A DNA stretch of 64,000 nucleotides from Balanoglossus misakiensis (Eukaryota; Animalia; Hemichordata), in assembly GCA_040954595.2 (NCBI GenBank), contig CM082578.2, positions 10,235,066 to 10,299,065 of the forward strand, written 5' to 3'. How positions within the stretch are numbered: position 1 is the stretch's first letter; each line of letters begins with the position of its first letter. The position numbers and the translations under genes are program-made. Shown here piece after piece: positions 40,001-53,172 of this stretch. The notes beneath the pieces were generated by a model. It searched no databases. It saw nothing but the letters and a program-made list of their open reading frames with translations, and was not told the origin of the DNA.

Positions 40001-42114
40001 TTGCCCTTTCCGGGCATCTGCAATGCTATACTTAGTAATGCTTTCAACCACACGGAAATTGTTGAAATTCTTTGTTATTATTAACTCACCCATTTTAACC
40101 AGGGCACCATTGAGATCATACGGTATACCAGTCATATCGCCATAGAAATCTGTCATGGTGGTCCCCACCATCAGGGAGTAGTCCAGTGTATAAGCAAGAT
40201 CCGGGCGCGCCCACACGCGAAACTTAGTACATGCAATTAGTAAAATAGAAATGAACAACGATTATCTAATTAAATTAATATCGAGGACAAAATCAACGAC
40301 ACAGACGACGAACACAAACAGGCACACACAAAGGAAAGTGGGAAGTTGGGCCAAGAGCTAGGTGTAAACATTGTCGCCTGGACTAGCCATCTCTACATTT
40401 TGCGACTTTTAAATTGTTAGTTTAATATTATTTTAATTCGGAGACATACCAAAACGCCGTCTCTGGTGTAATTTTCTTTGTGATGGAACTCGGACACTAC
40501 AACAGCGTTCAGATAAGTGGGCATCTTCACAGACCGCGCGTAGTATGACGTCACCCAATCGCCTTCCGTCTCGTTGCGGATGATGTGCATGTTGGACAAA
40601 GCCTGTCGTCTGCTCCTGTACTTTATGATCATTTCGAAAGTTGCCTTCAAGTTGGGTTCATCGAAGCAGGGGAACATGCGCCGTGCGTCAGTGGCCTCTA
40701 ATTGGGTCGCTGCCAGGTATCTGTTAATGACACAAAGTGATTGCACACAAAAAATGATTGATTTTAATTGATCGATTTTTCAGAAGATTGGGTCGGTTAA
40801 AAGTAATGGAAACAATTTGCGTCTGGAAATGTTATGAGAACCAACACCTCAGTGTGTTTGAAATATCCTAATATTTCGTCTATGAACACGATGAAGGAAA
40901 TGGTAAAAGACGTTGAAAAGGTAAATGCGAGCACTCATTTCATCACAGTTATTAAGATGAGTGCGTCGCTAAAGTAAGCACTGTGAAAAGGCAACCGAGA
41001 AATTCGCTTTGCTTGTGCAAAAATATTCAAAAGCGCCCTCAAAAGACACAGTCGACAACTGACCCCCGATCTATCATTAACTTGTATCATTCACCTATCG
41101 TTCGTTCCGTCGAGAAGATGGAAAATTAACTACATCTTGATAGTGTGCATTGATGCTATAGTAGCGATGTCAAAGCACCGATTATATATGGCCATCTTAT
41201 CATCCGTCGAATACTGCCGACGATAAGAAATGCACACTTGCCCTCTAAAAGCAGGACAACCTTAGGTTGTTCGCCCAAAGCCACTCGCGTTAACTTGGAT
41301 GATCAGTCAGTCAGTCAGTCAGTCAGACAGTCAGACAGACAGACCAAATCTGCAAGTAAACGTCCGGGGTCGCTAAGTTTGACCCGGATGGACCGATAAA
41401 GGCACAGACTTGTTTTGAGATAATTCGTTAAAAAAAGATACCAGATTACATTTACCTTTGAACACCATCCTGCATGTACGTACTCAAATAAAGTCCCACA
41501 AAATCCACTTGCTTGAGCGTACCCACATAGTTCAGTGTTACAACATAGCTCTCGCCTGTGGTCAGGTCTTCCCCGGTTTCTATGATGTAGAAGTGGTATT
41601 TGTCTTCTTTTCTTATGTTGGAAACGCTGACATCATCGCCGTTGCTGCTTCTGGTGATCTGGACGCTCGCATCGTCAACGGTGATCGTGTATATGTGCAG
41701 TTTGATTTCCCTGGTCGCCTTCTCACACCTCAACTCGAACTCCAGCTCTCCGTCGAACGAAAATCGCTGGTCGCCGTCTTCTTCGTCGAAATACGGGGTC
41801 AATTTGATGACGTAGTTGATCGGCGTCAAGGTGTCGGGGATGCGACCGTCGAACTCCTCGTAATCGTCCTCCTCTTCGCCAGGCTTCGGGAGACCTTCGT
41901 ACGGATCCGGCGTCGTCTCGACGGACGTCTGACCACACTGCGGACCCGCGAAATATGTGATCACCGCGGCACCACCGATCACCAAAATTACAACGACGCA
42001 TATTATTATGCCTGTCGTCTTTGAAACATAACAACCGCAGCCTTGGTACTTTTCGCTAGCGATGTCATCGTCGACCATATATCTGGTAGAACCATCTTCG
42101 GAGGCAGAATACAT
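34091..42114 (-). CDS. Aminopeptidase N-like M1 metallopeptidase, copy 3 (17 exons; closest to copy 2)
   Basis: Exons 41456-42114 (start could be 42078), 40450-40720, 40090-40222, 39795-39949, 39555-39668, 38148-38288, 37857-37988, 37534-37706, 37184-37293, 36851-36984, 36430-36633, 36124-36209, 35918-36028, 35000-35164, 34662-34790, 34428-34500, 34091-34276. GAMENWG, HELVH...WLNEG, SYEKG. Confidence 0.92.
38381..38460. repeat. GC-rich imperfect palindrome, probably the end of a non-autonomous DNA element in a copy 3 intron
   Basis: ccttttctcac...gtgtgaaaagg outer arms and aacgccgccc...gggcggcgtt inner arms. Confidence 0.5.
41303..41344. repeat. (CAGT)n/(CAGA)n microsatellite
   Basis: Directly visible. 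Confidence 0.8.
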
Positions 42115-45067
42115 ATTTATCAACCGCCTAAACAATAGCCCCACAAGAGTCTATAGTGCTCTATACACTTATAACCGTTAATTAAAAGTTTAATATTGGA
42201 AACCTTCTATACTTGTAGCCTACCCGTCATGCAACTCAAAAGTTATTTTAGTGGCAATTGCTATTCCATCGTCTGCCGTTACTCCCCGCTGAACAGAGGC
42301 TTTTCTATATTTTGACTCGGATGTGTATGTTCATATAGAAGGTACCATATATCGGTAGTGCAATGCAATGATCGAAGGCAACATGGCCTTGAGTATAGGC
42401 TTTAACTGTGTCAGAAGTTACTTTTTTCCTATACTTGTGTAGGATTGTTTCTGACTGGAACTTCAAACGAATCACTGCGTTACCTTGTAGAGGGCGTTGT
42501 ACTCACACCAAATCCTTATCCTCAGTCGACATGTACAAGCGACACTATTTGACTTTGTGGGAATTTTAATACGATACTCATATATCCGAAAATTATCTGA
42601 TTGGTGACCTATAGCTGCGATTGATAACATATATTGCAGATCTACAGGGCATATTTGCGCCACCCGCATTTCCCGCTCGATACAGCACCTGTTGACGGCT
42701 GGATTTTATTTGTGTTGCGCATGTGTTGATGTGTCCCCCGGACTCGTACAGGCACGTGCTTTGTCAGAACACAACAGGTCTGACATTGGTACTATAGGTG
42801 AAGCTGAGTACACGGGAACGATGACGGATTGCAAGATTTTTTTCTTTGGCCGTTGGTAGTTACACGTCGTCGTGTCTGTTGCGGGAACTGGTCGTGTTCA
42901 TAGGGGGAAACGTCAAATGTGGAACAGTTATAGAAGCGGGAAAATATTTTACTCGGACGACACAATTTTCAGAAGTAAATGCAAACGTGTCGTTTAGAAA
43001 TTCCGAAGAAAGAAGCCCCAACCATGTTTTAACTGTGAAGAGCGACCCAAATGCGACGGCTATGATAAATTGTCTCCAGGGTCTTCATTTTTGCAGACCT
43101 GGGTATAATGTATGAGTTCCCTATTTAAATTTGTTGATATCGGTGTCACTGCAGTCAGCTCACCGTCGTCTACTTGGCCACCCCGCCGGAGAGGATCGAT
43201 ATCTTCCCCCGATAAAGTATGCAAGGTACGGCCTTTTATTCATTTTACCGCTTTTAATAGGCGTCCTTGGTCGCCCCTTGGGAGGCCTTGTAAATCAGTT
43301 AACGTGACAACAAATACTACCATATCGACAGAGATACCTTTTGCCGCCGCTTGAAAGCTAAACCCTCGCCGCACTTACACAGCGCTGATCCCTATCACGT
43401 AAACGGCTTAGCGCTGTAGACATACGCACCGAGCAGCGTATCAAAGGCTTAAGAAAGAAAAAATCATAAAGAGGAAGGGAAATGTGAAATTTATCAGCGA
43501 GGTCAACTCGTAAGTCTGTAAAATGCGATTTTATCGTGACAATGATTACTGATTAAACCGTCTTCTTCAGCTGCGCCGTCATTCCCACTCTGATATTTGT
43601 ATACGCACATGCAACCACACCCATATTTCGACATGTACACATCAACACAATTTATTTACCATTTCATGACACATTAAAACTTGTGACTTCAAATTTAAAA
43701 TTGAAAACAATGATAGTAGAAATCGTGATATAAACGTAATTAACATAATAAATCATTACAGAACTGTACAATAGCGGGCCCAGTCAAACCTACGTACACG
43801 AAAATACAGGTTACTTAACCATAGATAGAGCGTGCACTACGATTAATCATGATGTTCACACACTGGTGCCTGAAGCTGTTACGTACAGAGCTACTACATC
43901 ATATAAAATACTGAACCGACAAGTACAATCAAGAAAGACGAGTCTAGAATTATACAAACATCTTCAAATCAAAACTGGCACAGTTTTGCTGCCTGAAATA
44001 CAACATCCAAATTGAATGCGTGTCAAATGCGAACGTTATGCAAATTTCGGGACAACGCATAGCAGAATGGTAAGCCCGACAGGAAACTGCCGACAAGACA
44101 GATATAACATCAAATTCAGTTAAATAAGAAATCATTTCTGAATTGTTCTACAACTATTTTCAACATTTAAACATTGGCACACACAAATTCCAATTTAAAA
44201 TGGTCCCACAAGCATGGAAATAGAAATTTCGGACTGAAAATAATTTAAGGACTTCTTAAACATCTCACTATAATTGACAACTATCAAAAAGAATGTGAAA
44301 ATCAGTTAGAAAACTCTATGCCTCGTCACGCATGTCGACAAAAATGTAATTTTCATTCTTGAAGAAAAGCAACGATTATAAATGTACTGCATTCCTTCAA
44401 TTCTCGTCTCGATGAAGCAATATCAATGTAAATAGGAAATGTTTAAAATGGACCGTATGTAGTTTCAGATTGACCGAGTGACACGACTGCCCTTTTCTGT
44501 AAACATGGACCATGATTCCTTCAGGCGATAGCAGATGGAACTTGAATGGAATGTATAACAGTAGATTTGGTCCACGTATATTTGGTACGCAACGGCAGCG
44601 AGTGCCATCACGCGTCGAGTCGAGTGAGTCGAAGGAGATAAAAATGACTGAATTTAACGACCAACACTTAAAAGAGATTTCCACTGTGCCTTTAGTGGCG
44701 GCGTACAAACTGCATACTGTGTCAACAAGACTCGTGCTCAAAACGCAGTGGGCAGCTCAGCCGCCCAATCCACGTGACATGTTTACAAAAATTTAAAATG
44801 TTATCCAAGCTGACCATCCTGAGTCGTCGTTTTTTCCTATACGAGGTATGTATCTGTGTGTCTAAATGCCCGTGAGTCTACACACGGCTAACACTTCTAA
44901 ATGAGACACGTAACTTAAACAGCCTGGAACAGAGAGTTTTTACACTATCGCATCTTTGCTCAGATGGAGCTTCCCTGTCCACAACAGGAAAACGCATCGC
45001 TATGACCTAATAGGCTAACGGTTATAGGAGTTCCCCCTCGAGGAGAGGGAGGGGGGCCGTCTTCTTT

Positions 45068-48000
45068 TCACCCGTTCCCGCTCTCGTGCTCCTTCAGCCA
45101 GCGATACACGTCGTCATAGTTCTTGTCCATCCAGGCGATGTTGAACTTGATGATGTCCAAGGCTTCGTAGAAACCCCTCACCGCGTACTCCGGCATGTCG
45201 TTGTAGTCACGACCGAACTGTTCGAGCTGAGCGGGGCAAGAAAATAAAAAAAACAGGGGCGTGCGGGTGATCAAAATGCGTTGGAAGCAGAAAAAAATGC
45301 AATTTCCGGGAAATCATCAAAGGGTGGCGTCTGTCAATCACCTCTTCAAAATTCATGCCCACTTCTGAGGGAAAACGTGTGTAATGGACATACTGATGAT
45401 GGAGCTGGTTATTGGAGTTGCTTAATGGTTTTATGACACATCATAAAAAGCATTTCGTATTTGAATATGCACCTGGTGCTTTTATTGTCACGAATCTTCG
45501 ATATAAAGTTTTAATGAAACTTAGTCAGCCTCAGTATTGCATACATCTTCATCAGATAGCGGCTTTGCAAATGAATGACGCCTTCATTTTTTTAAACTGA
45601 TGACATGAGGCGTCGTCGATGTTTTTGAAATGTCATTGAAATGTTCTGTTTTCTGCACCGTGCAGAGACTAATGGAGAATAAACCAAACAGTGAAGTGTG
45701 TATATGTATGTATATGTATGTATATATGTGTTTGTGTGTGTATATACCTGAAGTAAATCCTTTTCCGTGTTCATTTTATCAGCAAACTTCCACACCAAGT
45801 CGTACGCATCCCTTTCATTCCTGCACGATAAAACACACGAGTATTGTGCAGTTAGGTCAAGATGGCGTCGTCCTTCACTGTCATTGCGCATGCGGGAAAT
45901 ATTTACGTAAAATATCGATCAAAATCACCTGTATCCGAATTCAGCTACATATACTTACAGCTCAAGCAAAAGCTCGAAATTATCGATGACGAATTCCCAG
46001 GCCAGATGGTAGCCAATGACAGAGTTGTCTTTGATGTTCTTGATCAGCGAGAAGTCGTCGGCGATCTCCAGCGACTCCTCCAGGTAGCGCTTGATGAGCG
46101 TGTAATCCCTGGTGCACGACAAGGCGTAGTACAGGTACGAGTAGAGGTAGTTGGACGAACCGCCCTGGTACAGGGTGTGCCACTCCTCCTCGGAGACAAA
46201 CTCTATGGCTTCGCACAGCACAAATTCCAGAAGGTAAGGGGGAATACTGCAAGTGTGGACAAGCATGTATAGACCGTGAATGCAGAGTCAATGCAGAGTC
46301 CATACACGTGTAGAAATCGCAGCTGTTAATCATGGACATGAAGCTCTCGAAGCAACAAAACAAAGTTTGATTTGGGTGTTTTTTTTACGGCAAACATGAC
46401 TGTTTTATTTTGTTTTGTTATGTTTTCCTCCCAGAAATGATCGTTAGGGGCAAAGTGGTAAGCTAATTCTGCACCTGCGCAGACCGATTACACACGACTC
46501 ATGTGCAGGTAGAGCCTCGTTCCAAGATGGATATCTCTTTCTTCATCATGATATCATCCGAGAAGTCTACAATTTACAGCGCAAGCAGCTTGAGTGAAAG
46601 GCTGTACTTTACTAGTAATGTCTGAATGAGTGTCTCATTTCCGAAGTGAACCAGCCAGTGTGTGTTTCTTGAGATGTACATTAAAACTGTTTTCATAAAA
46701 AAACACATCTCCGACAGGAAGGAGGATGAGGGGAAGTTACTTACTCGTCGTCGGTCTCTTCATTCATCCAATCTCTGTATTTCTGTGCTACGGTGGCAAG
46801 GCAATTTTTGTCTTCGGCATAACAAGCCAGTTCTACAGCCAATCGCCTTAACTGACTAGGTTAACAGAAACACGAGAACAAACTTGTCAAAAACAATCGG
46901 TGTCATTTTACTATAAGTATCTGGAGAATCAGATTTTACAAACTTAAACTTTCTCAAAGTTGCAGTGGGTACTTACTATTCCAGAAGATCGTCATTGGTG
47001 AAATTCCAGCCAAATTTATCGTAAAGAGGCTTCACCAATCCCCGCAAATATTTCTGCAAAAAAGTTGCTGTCATGAATTGATTCAAGATGTCATTCCATA
47101 TGTAGTATTAACCTGACAGACAGACAGACAGACGCACGCACGCACACACACACACATAGAGTTAAATAATGCAGAAACCTTATAAAAGCTATAAGCAGCC
47201 GTTCTGTCAAGTTTGTCCTTTAAATAGTAGATGTGTCGAATGGCACTGCTCCAAGGTGCGTAATTCTCAGTTTCAAACTGAAGATACTTGGCCAGTCTGA
47301 GAGCCGTGACGGCTTCCACTTCGAGCGAGCGAGACAAGGTAAAAACGTCATCAATCAACGCAGCGCGATTTCTTATCGGGATCACGGTGTGGTCGGTCAC
47401 GAGTTGCTGGATCAGCTTGTCCCAGCTGGTCGGGTCATAGTTCACGCGGTAGAAGCCATACTGCTGTACGTTGACGAGAATCCAATCTTCTTCTCTGCCG
47501 CCGAATAGTTCCAACAGAGCTGCGTTGGCGGGAAACAAGAAGGTGCGACTGAATTAGACGTCGGGTGCAATCATCGGCGCGGATAACTACATTGCGCGAA
47601 ATCAGGGAACTGTGTCGTGTCCAGGGCCGGCTCTCTGGGGTTCTATATTTAGGTTTTTGTTTTCGAATTACTCCTTTGTTTTAGGGTTTTTTTCTATTTA
47701 CCTGAGCGACAAATTTAGTGGATTGAAACATCGTATGGAACTGTTATTCTTACTGTTTAGGCCCTAAGAATGAAGGCGTCGAAATCTTCCATCGATTCTA
47801 ATTCTTCGATATATCTACCGTAATATTTCATCTGACCGTTCCAACAGAGAGCTACCAGTGTTTCGTCGACAAAATCGTGACGTGTTACATATATGAACTG
47901 CATCCCGGGAAATAATCCCTTTCCTGGGGATAACTCGGCTTACCCGATTCCTGGTCAGGCTTTAGCCACACGTGGTCGGGCTCATCTACATCAAATTGGC

Positions 48001-50303
48001 CGGAGTGGGTGTACGTCAGAGGGACGTGCCATTTATTTCTGCAATGAGAGGAAATAACGCATAGTACTGAATTTCAAACCTGGGAAACGGGTTTTAAAGT
48101 GTCGAACTAAATTGAAAAAAAGTACCTTGGAAGAATTTTAAAAACAAAACATTCTGTGTGGAAACAACGACACATGCGCAAACACGCACCCCGAGTCTGG
48201 AAATCTATTGGCGTCTTCGACGTACATCCTCTGGGTAGCCACCGCAGTCTCGTCACTTGTCCTCGTCACTGTCACCAGGGGAAAGCCAGTCTGGAAAAGC
48301 CATGGATCCATGACTTCTTTCACGTCGATGTTGGTACTTCCTATACTAGCCTTTTAAAGAAATAAAACGTGCATTGAGTATTGTGCCCACCTAAGTCAAG
48401 CCAGAAAGATATACTAGAGTAGGGGAAAAGGCAGTCTAGTATCCAACCGTATTTTGTACGCTTTGATTCCAAAACTGGAATAAAATACTGCTAGTATACT
48501 AGACTAGGGAAAAGGTAACTTTGTTACAAATTAATTGTTTGCATTATTATGATTCTTATGTGTTTGCCAACAAACGTTGGCTAATTGTTTTAATATTTGG
48601 CTTGTCAATAGAGTCTGTACAAATGGTTGACACGTGAATTGAGGCCAGTGCTCAAATTCATACCAAAAGTAGTCTGTACAAGTGATGCATACATGTACAT
48701 GTAAAGGTTGTGCGGACAAGATGATCGCTGCAGGCGCTATGAGCAATCTGCAATTGATATATTTTTGATGATAAATCAGACTTAAAAGCCACTGTCCCCT
48801 TTAATCAAAACTGACAAGCTGAAACGTGGACAAAATGCGCGGAATTAAATCAGCGTGATTCTATCAACAGTCGACCAATAAATGCCCGACGGCCGTTGTC
48901 ATATACTATCTCGTGTACTTCGGGTGCTGTTCGGCACTTTGACCCCTCTGCCGGGTAGAGGTCGCGGAGCCGACCGCAAAGGGTTGGCTCGGCCGCCGGA
49001 TGATAAATGTCTCGGCATGCGCAATCCGTTTCCATCGCAGGACATGTCAGAAATGAGTAACAGGGCGTCTTATCCAACCATCGGGACACGTCCGTTCCCT
49101 TTGCCATCAGCCTTTATACGCAAAGCCGTTGGAAACGATTGTATTTACTTTCAATGCGGCTCTAAAACAAATATATTATAACTAGGTGAAAGTGATCAGA
49201 GTCCGACTGGGATTTCTTTGCGTCTCCAAAGGCACTGGCGAATAATGAAACCGTCACCTGGGTTAGGTAGTGCCAGAGATCGTCGGTTACTGCGTTCTTA
49301 TACAGGTAGTGTTGTAGATAGTTGCGCAGTCCCTCCATGAACGATTCACCAAGGAACGACTGCATCATCAGATTCATAGAAGCGCCCTGTCAATACAAGC
49401 GAATGGGGCGGGAATTAGAGGTATCATCAGAATTGGGTTTTAAACCACTGTGTTAGTAATGCATTGTAAGTGTTAGCGAAAAAAAGTGGTTTTAATAATT
49501 TGGGCATATACATGTAGGTGCACTGCGCTCGAAAAAGCGTGGTTAAGAATGCGAGCCCTGACAACGATATTTGTACGTACGATTGAAATTGAACCCAGGT
49601 GGTTAAAACTGCGATTATCGGCAGCCTCGTGCACTTACGCGCTCGTATCCTCTGCTGTCGAATAACTTCCATATGTCGTCATCCCAGCCAACATCCATGA
49701 TGGTTGGGTGTGCACTCGCCTCGGCGTCATGAACCATTGCGTCGAAAGTAACTTCGTTCGGGTAAACGTGGTTAAACTGCGGCGAATAAGAGAGACAGGC
49801 GTGAAGATGACCCTAGTCAATCAACATCTTCTATATGCGAGACACCATCGGTGAGTGTTACAATCGGCTATAAAACGACTCCCTGTACCGAACGGTGAGC
49901 AGGCGCTAAACTCCCCTAAACAAACTCACCAGAATGGGCTATCTCCGCGCTAAAGGTGCAATCGAGCGCTGGAGAAACAACTGTCCTGTTCAAAAGTTTT
50001 ATGGCTCGCTCACACCTCGTCTCCAACTTTAATGGCCAAGCTGTGTTAGAAACACGTTCAGGTCAAGTTATACAGTTACTGGAGCGATGAGAAGCGAACA
50101 CCTTCCGGAGATAAAGTTAACACTTACAACATCCCAGGAGGGCTCGACGGCGTCTACGGCTAAAAACTCAAAGTAACGGGCTAAGCCTTCGTTCAGCCAG
50201 GTATACTTCCACCATTCAAGTGTCACCATGTTGCCAAACCACTGTGGAGAGAGAGAGAGAGACAGACAGAGACAGAGAGACAGAGACAGACAGACAGAGA
50301 GAG

Positions 50304-50354
<51 letters not shown>

Positions 50355-53131
50355 GTAACAAAGAGAGAAAGGGAGTAGGAAGGAGGGAGAGCGAGAAAGT
50401 TGGTCAGAAAATCGAAAAATACAAAAAACAACATTCGAATTAAATGCAAATTCTACATTTCCCAATTCTAAAAATGTAAAATATGAGTGTTTGGCGTTGA
50501 ATGGAATGAGAGCATATACGCAGGCCTGACATTATTAAAAGTCGGCTATACTGAGGCTTTTACAAATTATCTAAATAACACAGCGATCTGTATTTAGCCT
50601 GAAATACATTTAACCATCACACGCCTACATGACCTGATTGAAAAGCGTTTACGCACTAGAAGCACGCTGCAATATACGGGGTACAAAGGTCACCTGGTGA
50701 ACAAGTTCATGGCCGACTACATTGGCGACTGTCTGGGCTTTAGTGGGGGCATCAGTGCCATTCTTGTACAGCATAAAGCGTTGTTCGTAGATGACCAGAC
50801 CCCAGTTTTCCATCGCGCCGAACGCAAAGTCCGGAGCCGCAACCATGTCTAATTGATGAAGAGATAATTTACATAGTTATTAGATGGAGCATGACTTGAA
50901 ATATTTTGCTGAAACCTGCGGTATTCTCTCTCCCCCTCCCCTCAAGAAGTTGCCGCATGAACGGTTTGATGGATTAGGGAAGTGCAAGATGGCAAGCACC
51001 TTTAATCCATCACAATCTCCCTCTCATCTCAACGTTGTTCCCTTTTGATAGCAATATGTGGATGCACAATCGACCTTCGGGCTTTTATTCAGCCACCTAC
51101 TTTCAATTTGTGTTCCGATTGATCGAAAGCGTCGCCAGCAAACGACGACAGCAATTATTCGGCTTAAAGCAACAGTGTGGTCTAGATGTGATACACACAG
51201 CCCGTGATTATAAGACGAATTCATTGTACTTTAGAGCGCATGCTCAAGCCCCAGTGACCGTATTCTGAAGTTATTTCACCGACGCCACCCATTTAATATT
51301 AAGCTAACATAGCATTCTACTAGAACACAATTGGAACTTTTTTGGGATGATTGCATGGTGATAAACTCTGTTAAACTCTCAGCACACTGCATGTAGCCTC
51401 GTATTGGTTGAATCCTTCTGTGGAGCATCAATATTGACGACATTGCCTAGAATCTTAGCAAATTTTGCTTTGAAAGTAATTGTTAAAAAAGTTGACTCGC
51501 TAACTCGACTGATAAGTTTATTCTATTTTGCATATTGCTATAGAATGAGCACACACATTCAAGCAAATGATATAAACACTGGCAAGTCTATCACAGACCC
51601 AAGATTGAGGTTGTAGAATTTCATCTGTAAGCAATATGAGTTTTCAAACATTTCACATGTTTGTACTGTAGGGGTACATGTACTTGCATATTGATTTCTT
51701 CGCCAGCAGACAAACAGACGCGATGACCGCATGTGGAACACTCTATGAATCTTGATTGCGGCTTATTCACCACACAATCTATATGCTGCGGCACCTCTGA
51801 CACACTCAGGTGCTCACGTGTCATTTGCCAACTAACCTAGCTTTGGAAGAGGGTAGGGTATCCTCCACAGTTCATTCAAGTAATCCAGCATAGCAGATCC
51901 GGTGCGCAGGGCATACTCCGCGCTGTCTATCAAAGCTTCTTCCGACCACACGCGAAACTGCGAAAAGAAATAAGTATTATCGAATTTAGAAAATCAGGTA
52001 CAGGATAAACGAAAATTTGCAAAATCTTCAATTGTGTTGCTATAAGAAAAAACTACGATACGGGTTTGGGTGGACGAAACCCTATATGTTTTACTGTTAA
52101 TCGTAGAGCTGCGCAGAATTGTCCTATGTTAAATTATCGTTAATTTACCTCAAAACACAGGCTGTTTTTACGAATTCCCGTGTTCCGTTGCGAGTTTCGA
52201 TTTCGTTTCATGCAAACCATGAGTGATCAGAGGGTTTAATTGTGTAGTCAAGTGTGCCACGGCTGTAATGTCTGAGTTTACCAATCTCATTACGTCCCTC
52301 AAAGTTTTTCATTGACAGTGTATGTTGGAGCCACGGCTCTCGGCGTTTACAGCGTTAATCTACTGAACACTGCGTAATCCGCCAGGCTTACTGCTCAGTC
52401 CGCTTTTCACAGACCATAATAGTTTGAAATCATCCAATCTGCGACCTTTCCGATAAAGGAGTATGCGTGCTCGGTGAAGCCTGAAAATATATTCCAATTT
52501 GCCGTGGCATTCGTGTCTAGGCTGAAATCTCGTTCCATCTATCACATTTGTCGTTAAGCATACATGTCATAAGTCGTGGCGTTCGCGGTTTGTTTTTTCA
52601 TGCGGCCTCCGTAATCTACTCCACGGAATAATCTTCCTGGATTATTCTTAAAACCCATTTTTCACCATGCGAGGATTGTAGCTGTCATTTGCCTTTCTCG
52701 GAACGGGATTCGTTTGTGTTAGCGTGTTTCACTTTGAGGCGGCCCGCTAAAACCTATATCTGATTTCCTGCACAGATTTTTTACCGGTGAAACACATGAC
52801 TATTGCATCAGCTTTTCACCACTCTCTGCCACTTACCAGTACTCCGTCCTTGGTCCTCATCTCCCTGCTTTTGAAATCCGTGATGGCCAGGGCGACGATG
52901 TAAGTGGACATGACCGGTGTGGTGCCAAAGGTCACCACCATCCAGTCGCCGTCACTTTCGTTGCGTATGCTGGGCATGTTGGACAGGGCTATTCTTCCAG
53001 CTCGGTGTCTGATCGTGATGTCAAAGGTCGCCTTGTACCCGGGTTCGTCGAAGCAGGGAAAGACCCTTCTGGCATAGAGGGTCTCCAACTGTGTTATCGC
53101 GATGTACCTGTAAAAAAGTCAACGTCTTGCG

Positions 53132-53172
<41 letters not shown>

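Noticed and set aside
50068-50465. LSLSLS / ERERER ORFs
   Set aside because: Translations of the (GA)n microsatellite; only 50128-50241 is a real exon.
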